NCBI GenBank assembly: GCA_951406725.2
Contig: OX597826.1
Location: forward strand, 29,574,001-29,638,000
DNA: 64,000 nt
Direction of reading: 5' to 3'
Origin: Octopus vulgaris
Lineage: Eukaryota
The notes beneath the pieces are model-generated. The model was given only the letters and a program-made list of their open reading frames with translations. It searched no databases and had not been told where the DNA came from. This document shows, one piece after another, positions 12,145 to 25,090 of this stretch (position 1 is the first letter of the stretch; each line of letters begins with the position of its first letter). Both the position numbers and the translations under genes were made by a program.

Positions 12145-13406
12145 TTAAGTTGGCAATTAAGTTCCTGCCGTTTTTTAAATTAAAATTTTAAAAAATGTTT
12201 AATAAATAATAACAACTAATTAATAATGCATTTACCCTTGTTGTTTACAACTTTTTCCCAACGTTCAACAAGATTTTCAATATCTCATTGGTAGAAATCG
12301 CTTGATTTTGACTCAAAAAATTGATCCAACCAAGCTCTCAATTCTACATCAGTATTGAACGAAACTCCGCGCATAGCATTTGAAAGAGATCGAAAGAGGT
12401 GTAAATCCATTGATGCCAAATCAGGAGAGTACGGCGGGTGTGGCAGCACTTCCCAGCCATGCATTTGAATGGCTTCCTTGGTCATCTTGGTGATATGAGG
12501 GTGGGCATTGTCATGCAGCAGAACTCCATGCTGCCAATTAGGTCTTTTCTCTTGAATAGCCATGTTGAGTCATTCCATCTGTTGAACATAGAGTTCCACG
12601 TTGACCGTTGGTTCCATTCAAGCAATTTGTAATGGATAATCTCTTCCCAGTCCCACCATACGCACAACATCATTTTATGTGGATGAAGATATTGTTTCAT
12701 GTGCAGTGTCGCTTGTTTACCGGGGCTAAGCCGTTCCTTACGCTGCTTCATATTGACGTACAGGTGCGATTTTTCATTGCCAGTAACGATTCGGTAAAGA
12801 AATCATTGCTTGTGTCCATGAGTTGAGTGGTGACGAGTAAGCAAACAAGCTGTGATTGTGGCTCATTGATTTTTGTTGTTGTCACTTAAAGCATGCAGAA
12901 CCCATGATCCATACTTCTGAACCTTTCCCATTGAGTGAAGATGCTTCTCTATAGCAGTGTAGGAGCATTCCATTTTCTCTGCCAGTTCCCTTGTCGTTTG
13001 ACGAGAATTTTCGTGCATAAGTTGGTTTAGTCACTCTGCATCGAACTCAACTGGATGGCCTGAACAAGGTGCGTCTTTGAGGTCAAAATTTCCATTTTTG
13101 ATCTTGGCATACCAATCACAAGCAGTTCTTTCAGCTATGGCACCCTTTCCATACAAAGCACAAATGTTGCAAGCAGCTTTTGCAGCCTTAGAACCTTGAT
13201 TAAAAGCAAAAAGGAAGTGTTGAAAATGCTCGTTTTTCTTAACTTGACATTCCATTTTAATAATCTGAAAATAAACAAAAATTAACTAAAATTAACTAGA
13301 ATAAAAAAAAAACCAAATAGATTCCAAAATGATTCAAAAATAGAATTCTTGAAAAAAATTGATTCCAAAATTTAAAAAAACGATGGGAACTTAGTTGCCA
13401 ACCCAA
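12145..13406 (-). mobile_element. Full-length (1262 bp) decayed mariner transposon
   Basis: TIRs TTAAGTTGGCAATTAAGTTCC / GGAACTTAGTTGCCAACCCAA, TA at both flanks; transposase pieces with HTH region, LCVWWD, LHDNAHPH, HPPYSPDLA..D. Confidence 0.93.
12225..13255 (-). pseudogene. Mariner transposase pseudogene (stops and frameshifts)
   Basis: ORF fragments 13031-13255, 12482-12751 and 12285-12563 tile one mariner transposase. Confidence 0.9.
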
Positions 13407-14639
13407 TAATTTCATCTGACCTTTGCAAACATGGAGAAGTAGATGATGATGATGATGCCGCAACTGCGGCTGCTGCTCAGTGTTCTGGTTTCAAATCCTT
13501 CTACGCTCAACTTTACTATTTCTCCTTCTTGGGGGTCAGTTTTACTTCATTCTCTGAATGTGTAACCTTGAGCTAAGTTACGGGAACGTAACCACACCAA
13601 CATCGGTTGTCAAGCGGTTGTGGTTGTATTTACAATTTGTCAGTATTCCCTAATCCTGGTGGATGACACTTTTACACCACTCACACAACAACCCTTCAAT
13701 GCAACATAGTTGGATCTGTTTGAGCAGTCATTGCTGATGAGGGTTTTATAAGGTTGGAAGGCAATTCCTACCTCAATCTCCTGTAATTGCCTTTTATGAC
13801 ATGCGAAACATTCTTTGGCATGCTTGCCCTTGCACAGCACAAACATGAAGACTATTTAGTCATAGCTTTGTGTTAGAACTTAGAGTGGTTAATTGTATGA
13901 AGTACATCATGACAGTCTGAATATGTTATACTATGTCCACTCTTAGAAATGTAGATTTTAGTGGTGGCCACAGGTGAGGTGGGTAAGATGGATACAACAG
14001 TTGCTGTGTCTCTGCACTTGCCATTGATAATATTCATCCCAACATGATATTTGGGGATGAATCAGCCTGAACATTCTTAATTAGATGCGGTTTCAGGTGG
14101 TGGCCTTCCTTCCTCTCCTTCCAGATTTTCAGAAAAATTGAAGCAGGAGATAGTCATAAAATGGTTTTGGTAAAGAAAATTGCATTGGAATTTTTAAATA
14201 ATTTTGTCATTAATTGTTAATTAATAAGAATTTTCATGATTTTTAAATTTCTTTCTGTAATTTTTATTCACTTTATAATAAGTCAATTACTTGGAGTGGT
14301 AAGAAATTGCATCCAAAACTCTGCCACAATTCTATGAAACTGGGCAAATGTCTATTTTTAGCTTTGCTTCTAAATTTTGGTAAATTTCTTCAATTCCTTT
14401 GTCTCAGTCTCTTACACTGTTTAAGCAATGGAATCTATGTTTCTTACTTAACCAAATAATCAAATTCTTTAGCTTCAAGTAGGATTAGTGTCTTTCAGTT
14501 TCCAATTATCGAATCCATTCACAAGACTTTGCTTGACCTGGGGGCCAGGTGCCATACAGTGGGACTGAACCTGAAACATCATGGCTGGGAAGCAAGCTTC
14601 TTAACTGCACAGACATGCTTACTTGTATGGATTTGTGAA

Positions 14640-14960
14640 GCTACATTGCTTAGTGGTTAGGGTTTTTGGCCCATGGTTGGAAGGTTGTGAATTCAATTCC
14701 TAGTGGTGTGTTGTGCCCTTGGGCAAGACACTTTATTTCATGTTGCTTCAGTCCACTCACCTGGCAAAAACGAGTTGTACCTGTAATTCAAAGGGGTTAG
14801 CCTTGTCACATTTTGTGTCATGATGAATAGCCCTGAGGACTACGTTAAAGGTATGTGTGTCTGTGGGATGCCTAGCTATTTGCACGTTGATTTCATGAGC
14901 AGGCTGTTCCATTGATCCAATTAACTGGAATCCTCATTGTCATAACCAGCTTAGTGCCAG
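14640..14960 (+). mobile_element. tRNA-derived SINE type C, diverged
   Basis: Colinear with the 19093-19420 copy. Confidence 0.8.
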
Positions 14961-15049
14961 TGTAGTGCTGTACACTTGGAATGAACCCCCAAAACCATAG
15001 GGTCAACCCTACCCACTCACAGGAACCTGCCTCTCTAAGAAAGCTGTAT

Positions 15050-15750
15050 GTTGAACAACCTCCAGAAGGTCTAATGGTGAACACTTTCAAGAATTGCTGC
15101 CTTCAACATCTTCATTTGTTCAACAAAGGAATGTTATGTGCCATGTTTTGCATTATTTTTCTTGAAACTCTGTGAGTAGAGACATGCACACTCTGCAGTA
15201 ACATGGAGTATCGTTGATAGGACTTCCCCATACTTTTATAATGCATGGAACTATTAAGCCAATCTGCAATACCTCTTAATTGGAGATTAGAAGTATAGTC
15301 CTATTGTCACCACCAACAGAGGTTCTTGGAAATTTTCCAATATTTGTAAGTGCTTGAATCACCATCTTTAACAAATGCTTTTAGTTAGTTCCAATCAGTC
15401 AGTCAATGTAATTATCCTTCACAGCAAAAACCAAGGAATAAATGTCCCCCTCATCTGGTAGAAGTTCCTCTTGGCTACTTTCCAAATGTCCAAACATGAC
15501 ATTTCATAAGAAAAATCAGCTTCAATTTAATCCAATACAGAGTAACTGGCCTTGACTGCAATAACCTGGTACTGAGTTACCTCCCTCTACAGCACAGTGG
15601 TACGCAGTGCTTGCAAATCTGCAACAAATCTGTGTGACAAGCTTTGACCAATGAGAAACAACCTTACAAGTACCTCTATGGGCATAACATTTTCTATAAT
15701 CGTTCGCATTTAATAATATTATCTGCAAGATGACAAGTGCATTCCTTGTT
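15050..15750 (-). pseudogene. Highly decayed LTR-retrotransposon integrase-like relic
   Basis: Broken minus-strand frames give AHRGT..W..L / CKHC (H2C2-like), LPDEGDIYSLVFAVKD and GKFPRTSVGGDN (resembles G.P..I.SDNG); many stops. Confidence 0.3.
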
Positions 15751-16178
15751 CTTGTGTCAGCATTTTAGTGTGATAGTCTTATCTTCATCTCTTGTTGTTC
15801 TCAATGCCAGATAAGCTGGTATGTTGCTAAGATTTGTTTCAGTTTCTGATTGTTCATCATCTCATTAGGTTTACCTACGCACATTCAATAAATTATTGTG
15901 TAAGTGGCACAGGGCTTAACAATCATTATATATAATGTATATATCGTTGATTGGCATTTCCTGTAAAAGCTTGTGTTTGTGAAAAGGAAGGAAAAATGAG
16001 AACGACTACCTGATGGGAAAAACGACTGATTTGTTCAAATCCTGAAGTAGCCAACTGATTAAATTGAATTTGCCAGGAGATTAGGTGAGAGGGACATGAG
16101 ATAACACAATAGCAGTATGGTCTGTATAAAGCTGAGGTAGCTCTGCTCTAAGCTGAGTTTTCTGGTCTTTTACTCTTT

Positions 16179-16482
16179 CTTATTTATTTATGCGCCCCTT
16201 TTCAAGCCTAGCCAGGCTCATGGGCCCAGTTTCCCGGTTTCTGTGGCGTATGTGTTCTCCCCAGCTAGATGGGACGCCAGTCCGTCGCAGCGTTACTCAA
16301 CAAGCAGGAAGAGAGAGTGAGAGAAAGTTGGGGCGAAAGAGCACAACGGGGGTCGCCCATCCCCTGCCGGAGCCTCATTGAGTTTTTAGGTGTTTTCGCT
16401 CAATAAACACACACAACGCACGAAACTGCGATCCTCCGACTATGAGTCTGCTGCTCTAACCACTGGGCCATTGCGCCTCCAC
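16179..16482 (-). mobile_element. tRNA-derived SINE (distinct family) with a 14-bp TSD
   Basis: Minus-strand head GGCGCAATGGCCCAGTGGTTAGAGC (A box); A-rich tail; GTCTTTTACTCTTT at 16165-16178 and 16483-16496. Confidence 0.85.
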
Positions 16483-17331
16483 GTCTTTTACTCTTTAGCA
16501 TTCAGATTATTACTCTGTCAAATTTAATGCTTATTTCTTCACATTGTTTTGAATTAACTTGTAGCTTCAATACTTTAATGAAGTGATTGTTTTTATTTTT
16601 AGCATTAAGTTGTAAGGTAGGTGTGAGAGGTAGAATCTGGTTGGTATGAAAATAAAACAAGGTTGAATATTTTGACTGGACATGGCCAGTTTGAATGCTA
16701 AAAGGTTAAACCAGCCACATCCAGTCCAAATATTTAACCTCACACACCTACCCTAAAATGTCATTTTAAAAATAAACAACCATAAGCGCAGGAGTGGCTG
16801 TGTAGTAAGTAGCTTGCTTACCAACCACATGGTTTCAGGTTCAGTTCCACTGCGTGGTGCCTTGGGCAAATGTTTTCTACTATAGCCTCGGGCCGACTAA
16901 AGCCTTGCGAATGGATTTGTTAGACAGAAACTGAAAGAAGCCCATTGTATATATGTTTATGTATGTGTGTGTTAGTGTTTGTCCCCCTAACATTGCTTGA
17001 CAACCGATGCTGCTGTGTTTAGGTGCAAACACTTGCACAGATAAGGGTCCATACTATAAAAAGATAAACTGGACTAGAGAGACATGGGATGGAGACTTGC
17101 TAAAGAGGTCACAGGATGTGTGAAGAAAGATTTCCAGACATAGAACATAAAATAAGAACAATGACAAAATAAATCTGAAGTGAAGAACGATTATATAGTC
17201 ATCATTATCATCATCATTTGATATCTGTGTTCCATGCTAGCATGGGTGGGACGTGTGTGTTTATTTGGCAAAAAAAAAAACTGAACAAAAAAATAGACCA
17301 TCCTGAAATTCATGAACGTATATATATATAT

Positions 17332-17722
17332 ACTCTTTTACTCTTTTCAGTCATTTGACTGTGGCCATGCTGGAGCACCGCCTTTAGTCGAGCAAATCGA
17401 CCCCGGGACTTATTCTTTGAAAGCCCAGTACTTATTCTATCGGTCTCTTTTGCCGAACCGCTAAGTGATGGGGACGTAAACACACCAGCATTGGTTGTCA
17501 AGCAATGCTAGGGGGACAAACACAGACACACAAACATATACACACACACTTATATATATATACATATATACGACAGACTTCTTTCAGTTTCCATCTACCA
17601 AATCCACTCACAAGGCATTGGTTGGCCCGGGGTTATAGCAGAAGACACTTGCCCAAGATGCAGTGGGACTGAACCCGGAACCATGTGGTTGGTTAGCAAG
17701 CTACTTACCACACAGCCACTCC
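17332..17722 (-). mobile_element. SINE type A
   Basis: Near-complete reverse complement of 28802-29203. Confidence 0.9.
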
Positions 17723-17747
17723 TTTATATATATATATATATATATAA

Positions 17748-17955
17748 AGTTAATCCAAACAAGAAAGCACAAAAAAACACAACAACGCGAGGATGTGGAA
17801 CAAATATAGTATTATTGGACGCTCAGGAAAGAAGGATGGTTTAACGTTTCGAGTGGAGCTCTTCGTCGGAAACGTAGGAGAAGGAAAGATCCAGAGAAGG
17901 GAAGACAGAGGAAAAAAAATCGCCAACGGTACACACGAGGTCACATTTTGAAAGC
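17748..17955 (-). mobile_element. Penelope-like pLTR-type fragment with a minimal hammerhead motif, sitting in (TA)n
   Basis: Homologous to 27484-27680 and 27765-27955; minus strand GTTT-CCGACGA-A-GAGC-TCC-ACTC-GAAAC-GTT-AAAC at 17839-17873. Confidence 0.65.
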
Positions 17956-18311
17956 AATATATATATATATATATCGTCCTCATTATTATCGGCATTTAGC
18001 ATCTGTTGTCCATGCTGGCATGGGTTGGATGGTTTAACTGGGCTGGTACGCTGGGAGGCTGCATCAGGATCCAGTCTGATTTGGCATGGTTTTCTATGGC
18101 TGGATGCCCTTCCTAACATGCCAACCACTCCAAGAGTGTAATGGGTACTTTTGTGTGTCACTTGAGTGACACTGGTATCTGTTATGACTGCGATTTTATT
18201 TGGTTTGATGTTTCTTCTTCTCAAGCATGGCATAATGCCAAAGGTCTTGGTCATTGACTCTGTGAGGCCCAACACTTAAAAGGAGCTCAGCCACTTTGCA
18301 TCACCTCCATT

Positions 18312-18351
<40 letters not shown>

Positions 18352-18379
18352 CACATACATGTATATATGTCCCATTTTG

Positions 18380-18428
<49 letters not shown>

Positions 18429-19092
18429 TTTTTTCACATGGCACATAAAAAGCACCATTTGAGCATGACCGATGCCAGTGCCGCCTGACTGGCTCTCATG
18501 CTGGTGACATTTAAAAAGCACCCACTTCACTCAGTTTGGTTGGCATTAAGAAGGGCATCCAGCTGTAGAAATCTTGGCAAATTAGATTGGAGCTTGGTGC
18601 AACCTCCTGGCTTGCCACTCCTCAGTCAAACCATCCAACCCATGCCAGCATGGAAAGCAGACAGACGTTAAACGCCACTGATGATAATATATATGTACAT
18701 ACACATACAAACACACACACATATAAATAACAATCAACAAGATTTCATTTCCTCAATTCCAAGTTTGATTTATTACTTTATAATCTGGGACATTTTTATC
18801 AAGAAAGTTTCGTTTCCTTGTTGACTAATTTCTGCACTGGATTGTGTCATTCACTGAGTCACTCTCTGTTCAGATTACTGAATGTAGACCAACTCAAAGA
18901 TATACACAAACACAAAGACACAAGCACATACATGCATACACATATTCATATACAAACACACACACATGTAGGGTGTTCCTCAATAAATCTATATGCGGAT
19001 TGAAAAGATTATAAATTACATATTTATTAAAATAAAGTTTTATTTTCAAAATCTAATTGAGTCTACAAATAATATTTAATTATATTTTGAAT

Positions 19093-19420
19093 GTGAGGGC
19101 GCGTGGCTTAGTGGTTAGGGCATTCGGCTCATGATCGTAAGGTTGTGAGTTCGATTCCCGGCGACGCGTTGTGTCCTTGAGCAAGACACTTTATTTCACG
19201 TTGCTCCAGTCCACTCAGCTGGCAAAAATGAGTTGTACCTGTATTTCAAAGGGCCAGCCTTGTCACACTCTGTGTCACGCTGAATCTCCTTGCGAACTAC
19301 GTTAAGGGTACACGTGTCTGTGGAATGCTCAGCCATTTGCACGTTAATTTCACGAGCAAGCTGTTCCGTTGATCGTATCAGCTGGGACTCTCGTCGTTGT
19401 AACCGACGGAGTGCTCCTTA
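19093..19420 (+). mobile_element. tRNA-derived SINE type C with CORE-like segment and 11-bp TSD
   Basis: A box TGGCTTAGTGG; B box GTTCGATTC; TGTCCTTGAGCAAGACACTT; TSD ATATTTTGAAT at 19082-19092 and 19421-19431. Confidence 0.9.
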
Positions 19421-19918
19421 ATATTTTGAATATCTTTTTTCAAACTGATGACTTTTTCTGGTCTAGGCAATGGAATCATGCATTCTTGTTCAGTGATTCC
19501 TCTCAGTTTGTCACCTGTTGTTGGTTTTGTATTGTAAACTTTATTGCAGCAAGCTCAAGGAAACGGGACCAGGCACAGTATCATCAAAAGTGAATGGTCC
19601 CAATATTTTTGATAAACCACGCCATACTGCCTGCAATTTCTGGTAAATTAATATGATGTTTCTCCATATGTTGACTCTTCAGGCTCCCAGCAGGAGCGAT
19701 GGTGGTGGTTAATTCTTTCTTTTATCTTGTTTCATTTCTTAGACTGTGCCCATGCTGGGGCACCACCTTGAAGGATTTTTAGTTGAATGAATCGACCTTA
19801 ATACTTATTTTTTAAAAATTCTTATTCTATTTACTCTTTTGCTGAACTGTAAAGTTAATGGGATGTAAACACATCAACACCAGTTGTCAAGTAGTGGTGG
19901 GATCTAATACACACATGC

Positions 19919-19958
<40 letters not shown>

Positions 19959-20009
19959 TTTAGAAGAGATAAGGTACTCAGAAATCTGGATGGTTTTACA
20001 TTTTTTATT

Positions 20010-20068
20010 TTATTTCATCTCATCTAGTTTCAGCTCACGACCTGTGGCCATGCTGGGGCACCGCCATT
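20010..20068 (-). mobile_element. Isolated 3' tail of the CR1/L2-group LINE
   Basis: Reverse complement of AATGGCGGTGCCCCAGCATGGCCACAG..GCTGAAACTAGA. Confidence 0.8.
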
Positions 20069-23000
20069 TACAGATTTTTGTTAATATGTCACATGTTTTT
20101 ATAAATGATATATTAGCGCTTGCATCTACTCTAGTAGAATCTTCAGATTTGAATTTTTTTAGAGGGGATTCGTCTCTTTCTACAGTATTATTGAAGGACC
20201 ATTTTTGTAAAGTAAACTGTAATTTTGTATTAAACACACACAGTACTATACATATGCGTATATACAGAAATAGAAACAATCTTACATCCAGATTTTCCAA
20301 CCCATACCAGCACGGGAACATGGACAAGGATGATGATAATAAATCCAGACAATCTTTCGAAAAATAACTTTTATTAAGCAACTTGTTATCTTCTATTGAA
20401 AGAACTGAACAGCTGTATAGATGTAAACAATATTTTTTCTTCTTCCTTTCTTCCTTCTTTCTTTCCTTCTCTTCTCTATTGACATTCCTTTGAGATACAA
20501 AGGCACACACATGCATAAACACAGTCACTCTCTCTCACTGGACAATGATGATGATGATAATAAATTCAGACAATTAAAAAAAAAAAAACTTTTATCAAAA
20601 CAAGACCGCCCCCTTTGAGTAGCCACCTGGTCTTGCCATTTTTAAAGGCCAAGAATCAACTCATCACTTTCTGTTGAAAGAACTGACCAGTTGTATTAAT
20701 GTAAACACATTTTGTTTCTTCTTTCTCTCTTCCTTCCTTCCTTTCTTTCTCTTTTCCATTGACACTTCTTTCAGATACACAGGCACACACACACTCACAC
20801 ACACACACCTTTCTGCGTGACTGTCTGTCCATCCATCTTTCTTCACATACACACACAAACACATGTAGTGTGTACATGTGCATAACTAATAATGACAGTG
20901 GTACATACATACATACATATTATGATGTCTCTTTAGACATTTAAATAAGAATATCAGACTTTCTTTCTTTCCTTCCTTCCTTCCTTCCTTCCTTTCCTCC
21001 CTCCCTTCCTTTCTTATAGACCCACTGCAGTACGTCCCATATTTGACCTAGCTGCTCACCCCTCGTGTTAGATATCCTGCAAACAACAGCATTAGCACAA
21101 TCCTCCACCTTGACATTAGCTCATTTAATGAAAACTGGTCTAGTGACTGTTAAAATACAGTTTTATACTCTGCTTCCTTTCTCACCCGCCTCTGTTTGTG
21201 CTCTTAGTTGGAAAGTCACACATACACACGCATGGCCATGTGCATGAACAGTCACTCACAAATACAGAAACCACAGTTTTTTTGTTTTTCTTCTAGTTTC
21301 TCTTTACCATCACCACCATCACAGTTTACAAGTATTTGTGTATAATGCTGTGGTTACAGAATTTGATTCCCAACTACATGGTCTTAGGTTCAGTTTCACT
21401 GTTTGGTACTTTAGGAAACTGTCTCCTGCTATCACCCTGGGTGGATTTGCCAGATGGAAACCGAATGAAGCTTGTCATATACATGTGTGTGAGTCTTAAT
21501 ATTGTGTAATAGTTGTAAATGATTGTCTCTGTCATACAAGCAGTGTTGTTCATTCTCTTTTACTTGTTTCAGTCATTTGACTGCAGCCATTCTGGAGCAC
21601 TGCCTTTAGTCGAGCAAATCGACCCCAGGAATTATTCTTTGTAAGCCTAGTACTTAGTCTATCAGTCTCTTTTACTGAAGCGCTAAGTTACAAGGACGTA
21701 AATACACCAGCATTGGTTGTCAATGGCTATAGTAGAAAATACTTGCCCAAGGTGCCACACAGTGGGACTGAACCCGGGACCATGTGGTTGGTAAGCAAGC
21801 TACTTGCCACACAGCCACTCCTGCGCCTGTTTGCAATATTGTCAGGCCTTAAGGAAATATTACCTTGCTTGGAGACAGGTAAGTGTTGGTGACAGGAAGG
21901 GTACTTGGCCATAGAAAATGTGCTTCAAAAAAGTTTGCCCAATCTATGCAGGCATGGAAAAAGTGGACAATGATGATGATGTTGCTGTGTTCTTTCTTCC
22001 TCTATCACACTCACAAACATAGAATATATGTCATCATCATCATCAGCAGCGGCAGTATTTAATGTTCATTTTTCCATTCATGTATGGTCAGATGGAATTT
22101 GCTGAGATGTATTCTACAGGTGGTTGCCCGTCCCGTTGCCAAACTTTGCTTGTTTCCAAGAAAGATAGTGTTTTCCTTGCCCAGATGTTGTTTCATGGAA
22201 GACTTGAAACAAACAACCTTGCAGTGATGTTCATTTACAATCAGCATGTGATGACTTGAAAAGAGTACACCCACCCAAATACATTCACACATACATGCAT
22301 ATCATCAACATCATCATCATTATTATTTAGTGCCCATTTTCCATGTTTGCATGAGTCAAACTGTCAAACGTTTAGTGATAATAATGATATATATATGTAT
22401 ATATATATGCTCTTTCTTTCCTCAAACCCCATCTGTTTCTGAGCAAGGTAATATTTGCCCATTGCCAGATATGTTTTGGCAGAATATTGGAAATGAATGA
22501 GACACACACTCATTTTCGACTATCATATGATGTCAAGACAGAAGATATATACACACATGAATTCATACATACATACATATATATTCAGGCGCACCAGTGG
22601 CTGTGTGGTAAGAAGCTTGCTTCCTAACCACATGGTTTTGGGTTCAGTTCCATTGCATGGCACCTTGGGCGAGTGTCTTTTATATAACCTCAGGCAAGGC
22701 AGTGAGCTAGCAGAAACGTTAGTATGCTGAGCAAAATGCTTAGCGGTATTTCGTCTGTCTTTACATTCTGTGTTCAAATTCCACCGAGGTTGACTTTGCC
22801 ATTCATCCTTTCGGGATTGATAAATTAAGTACCTAGGCCTTGTACCTAGAGTAGAAAAGTATATAACTGATTAAAGCTTACTGAGTGGAGTTGGTAGGTG
22901 GAAACTGAAAGAAGCCCATCATGCCATATAAAAAGCTCCATGCTGGTGCCATGTAAGAAGTACTCGTGCTGGTGCTACATAAAGAGCACTGGTACTGGTG

Positions 23001-23189
23001 CCATCTAAAAAGCAGCCATGCTGGTATCAGGAAAAAAAAAGCACCCAGTACACTCTGTAAAGTGCTTGGCATTAGGAAGGGCAATCATAGAAATTGTACC
23101 CAAACAGATGAATGGAGCCTGATGCAGCTCCCCAGCTTGTTAGCTTCTGCTAAACCATCCAACCCATGCCAGCATGGAAAAAATAGACA

Positions 23190-23860
23190 TTTTTGGGGAG
23201 TGGGCCAGTCGAATAGATCTACCCCAGTACACAACTGGTACTTAATTTATAAACCCCGAAAGGATGAAAAGCAAAGTTGACCTCAGCGTAATTTGAACTC
23301 AGAATGTAAAGACAGACGAAATACTCATTTCTTTACTACCCACAAGGGGCTAAACACAGAGAGGACAAACAAGGACGGACAAACGGGTTAAGTCGATTGT
23401 ATCGACCCCAGTGCATAACTGGTACTTAATTTATCGACCCCGAAAGGATGAAAGGCAAAGTTGACCTCAGCGTAATTTGAACTCAGAATGTAAAGACAGA
23501 CGAAATACCTATTTCTTTACTATCCACAAGGGGTTAAACACAGAGAGGACAAACAAGGACAGACAAACGGGTTAAGTCGATTGTATCGACCCCAGTGCGT
23601 AACTGGTACTTAATTTATCGACCCCGAAAGGACGAAAGGCAAAATCGACCTCGGCGGAATTTGAACTCAGAACGTAGCGGCAGACGAAATACCACTAAGC
23701 ATTTAGCTTGGTGTGCTAATTGTTTCTGCCAGCTCACCGCAATTTACCCTGAATATATTCTTTTCTACTCTAGGCATAAGGCCCAAAATTTTTGGGAATG
23801 TGGCCAGTCGATTAGATCGACTCAGTACGCAACTGGTACTTAATTTATCAACCCCGAAAG
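23190..23860 (-). mobile_element. Tandem and partial copies of SINE type D; other copies at 22697-22860 (+), 26528-26750 (-) and 57144-57371 (-)
   Basis: Repeated ACTGGTACTTAATTTATCGACCCCGAAAGGATGAAAGGCAAAG..AATTTGAACTCAGAA blocks; ~180-bp internal tandem duplication. Confidence 0.85.
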
Positions 23861-24514
23861 GTGCCACGCTGTGGGACTGAACCTGGAGCCATGTGGTTGG
23901 TAAGCAATCTCTCTCTCTCTATATATATACACACACACACACACGCCCTAGCATGGCCACAACCTCAGGGCTGAAACATGAAAATACACACACGCACTCA
24001 TCTAAACAGAGCAGCCTGTGAAACTCACACGCTGGCCACTCGAAATTTCCCCCCACTCGCTACACGAATCAAATGCTTACTCACACAAACAATGCACACA
24101 CAAAATATACACACTACATACTTTACACATACACTTCCGCACTGACACATAAATAACTTTACGAGAACACGTTACTCGTTCAGTCAGAAGAGAGAGAGAG
24201 CGGGTGAGTGAGTGAGATACATGTCAACAACATCAACACAACAAGGCTGATTGCTTCTACTTCGGACCCCGGACCAAGAAGGACAACATCCACAACAGCA
24301 CCAACAACCATCCAGTATGCATCCATCAAGAAAGAAGAATTGTAGACCATGTCAGTTCATTAATCTTCTTATTTTCTTATTCTTTACTTAATTTCATGAA
24401 GTTATCGCTGTACCCTAAATTATGTTGATACGATATGACATACATACGAGATCAGCCCAACCCAGCAAACGTTTGTTTTTTTTTTCTTCTAATTATTATT
24501 GATTATAGTAGTAT

Positions 24515-25090
24515 TTGTGGTTGTTTTAACCCCGGGTAGCTTTGACCCATCGGAATCGGACCCCTATTATCAAAGTCGTTCTAGCTGTGACCATCCCGTC
24601 CTGTTTACTTTGAATCTAGCCCTGCTCTAAACTTTCGATTTTTGTGTTTATCATTATTGTTTCTGGTCGCATTTGTGTTTTTAACCGTAGGCCATCTTTG
24701 ATCCAGCGCGCCCCTACAATCAAAAGCGCTCTAGCTGTGACCAGCCCCTACTACATCGAGTCCAGCTTTTCCCAAACGTTCACCCCACCTCAGTTATCAT
24801 TATGGTTTTTAATAGCACTTATTGTTTTAACCCCAGGACAGCTTTGATCTATTAGACCTCTAGAATCATAATGGTTCTTAGCTGTGGCCATCCCATTTCG
24901 ATCCAGTGGACCCCTGAATTCAAAAAAGTTCTAGCTGTGACCGTTTCCTTTCCGTCCAGCCTCCGCCCGCCACAACACGTTTTATCTATTGTTTTTCCCT
25001 CGTATTTGTGGTTGTTTTTATTTCAAGCTAGCTTTGATCAAGCGAACCCTTATTATCAGAAGCGTCCCAACTGTGACCAACCCGTACTGC
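24515..25090. repeat. Degenerate tandem array (4-5 units, ~150-170 bp) of a short dispersed repeat; single copy at ~58320-58390
   Basis: Recurring TTTTAACCCC..GCTTTGATC..ATCAAA..TTCTAGCTGTGACCATCCC. Confidence 0.75.

Noticed and set aside
13640-14100. CKGKH..C zinc-knuckle-like peptide on the minus strand
   Set aside because: Too degenerate to call; may belong to the relic at 15050-15750 but this is unsupported.
19093-19170. tRNA gene-like A and B boxes here and at other SINE heads
   Set aside because: No complete acceptor stem or terminator; they continue into SINE bodies bounded by TSDs.
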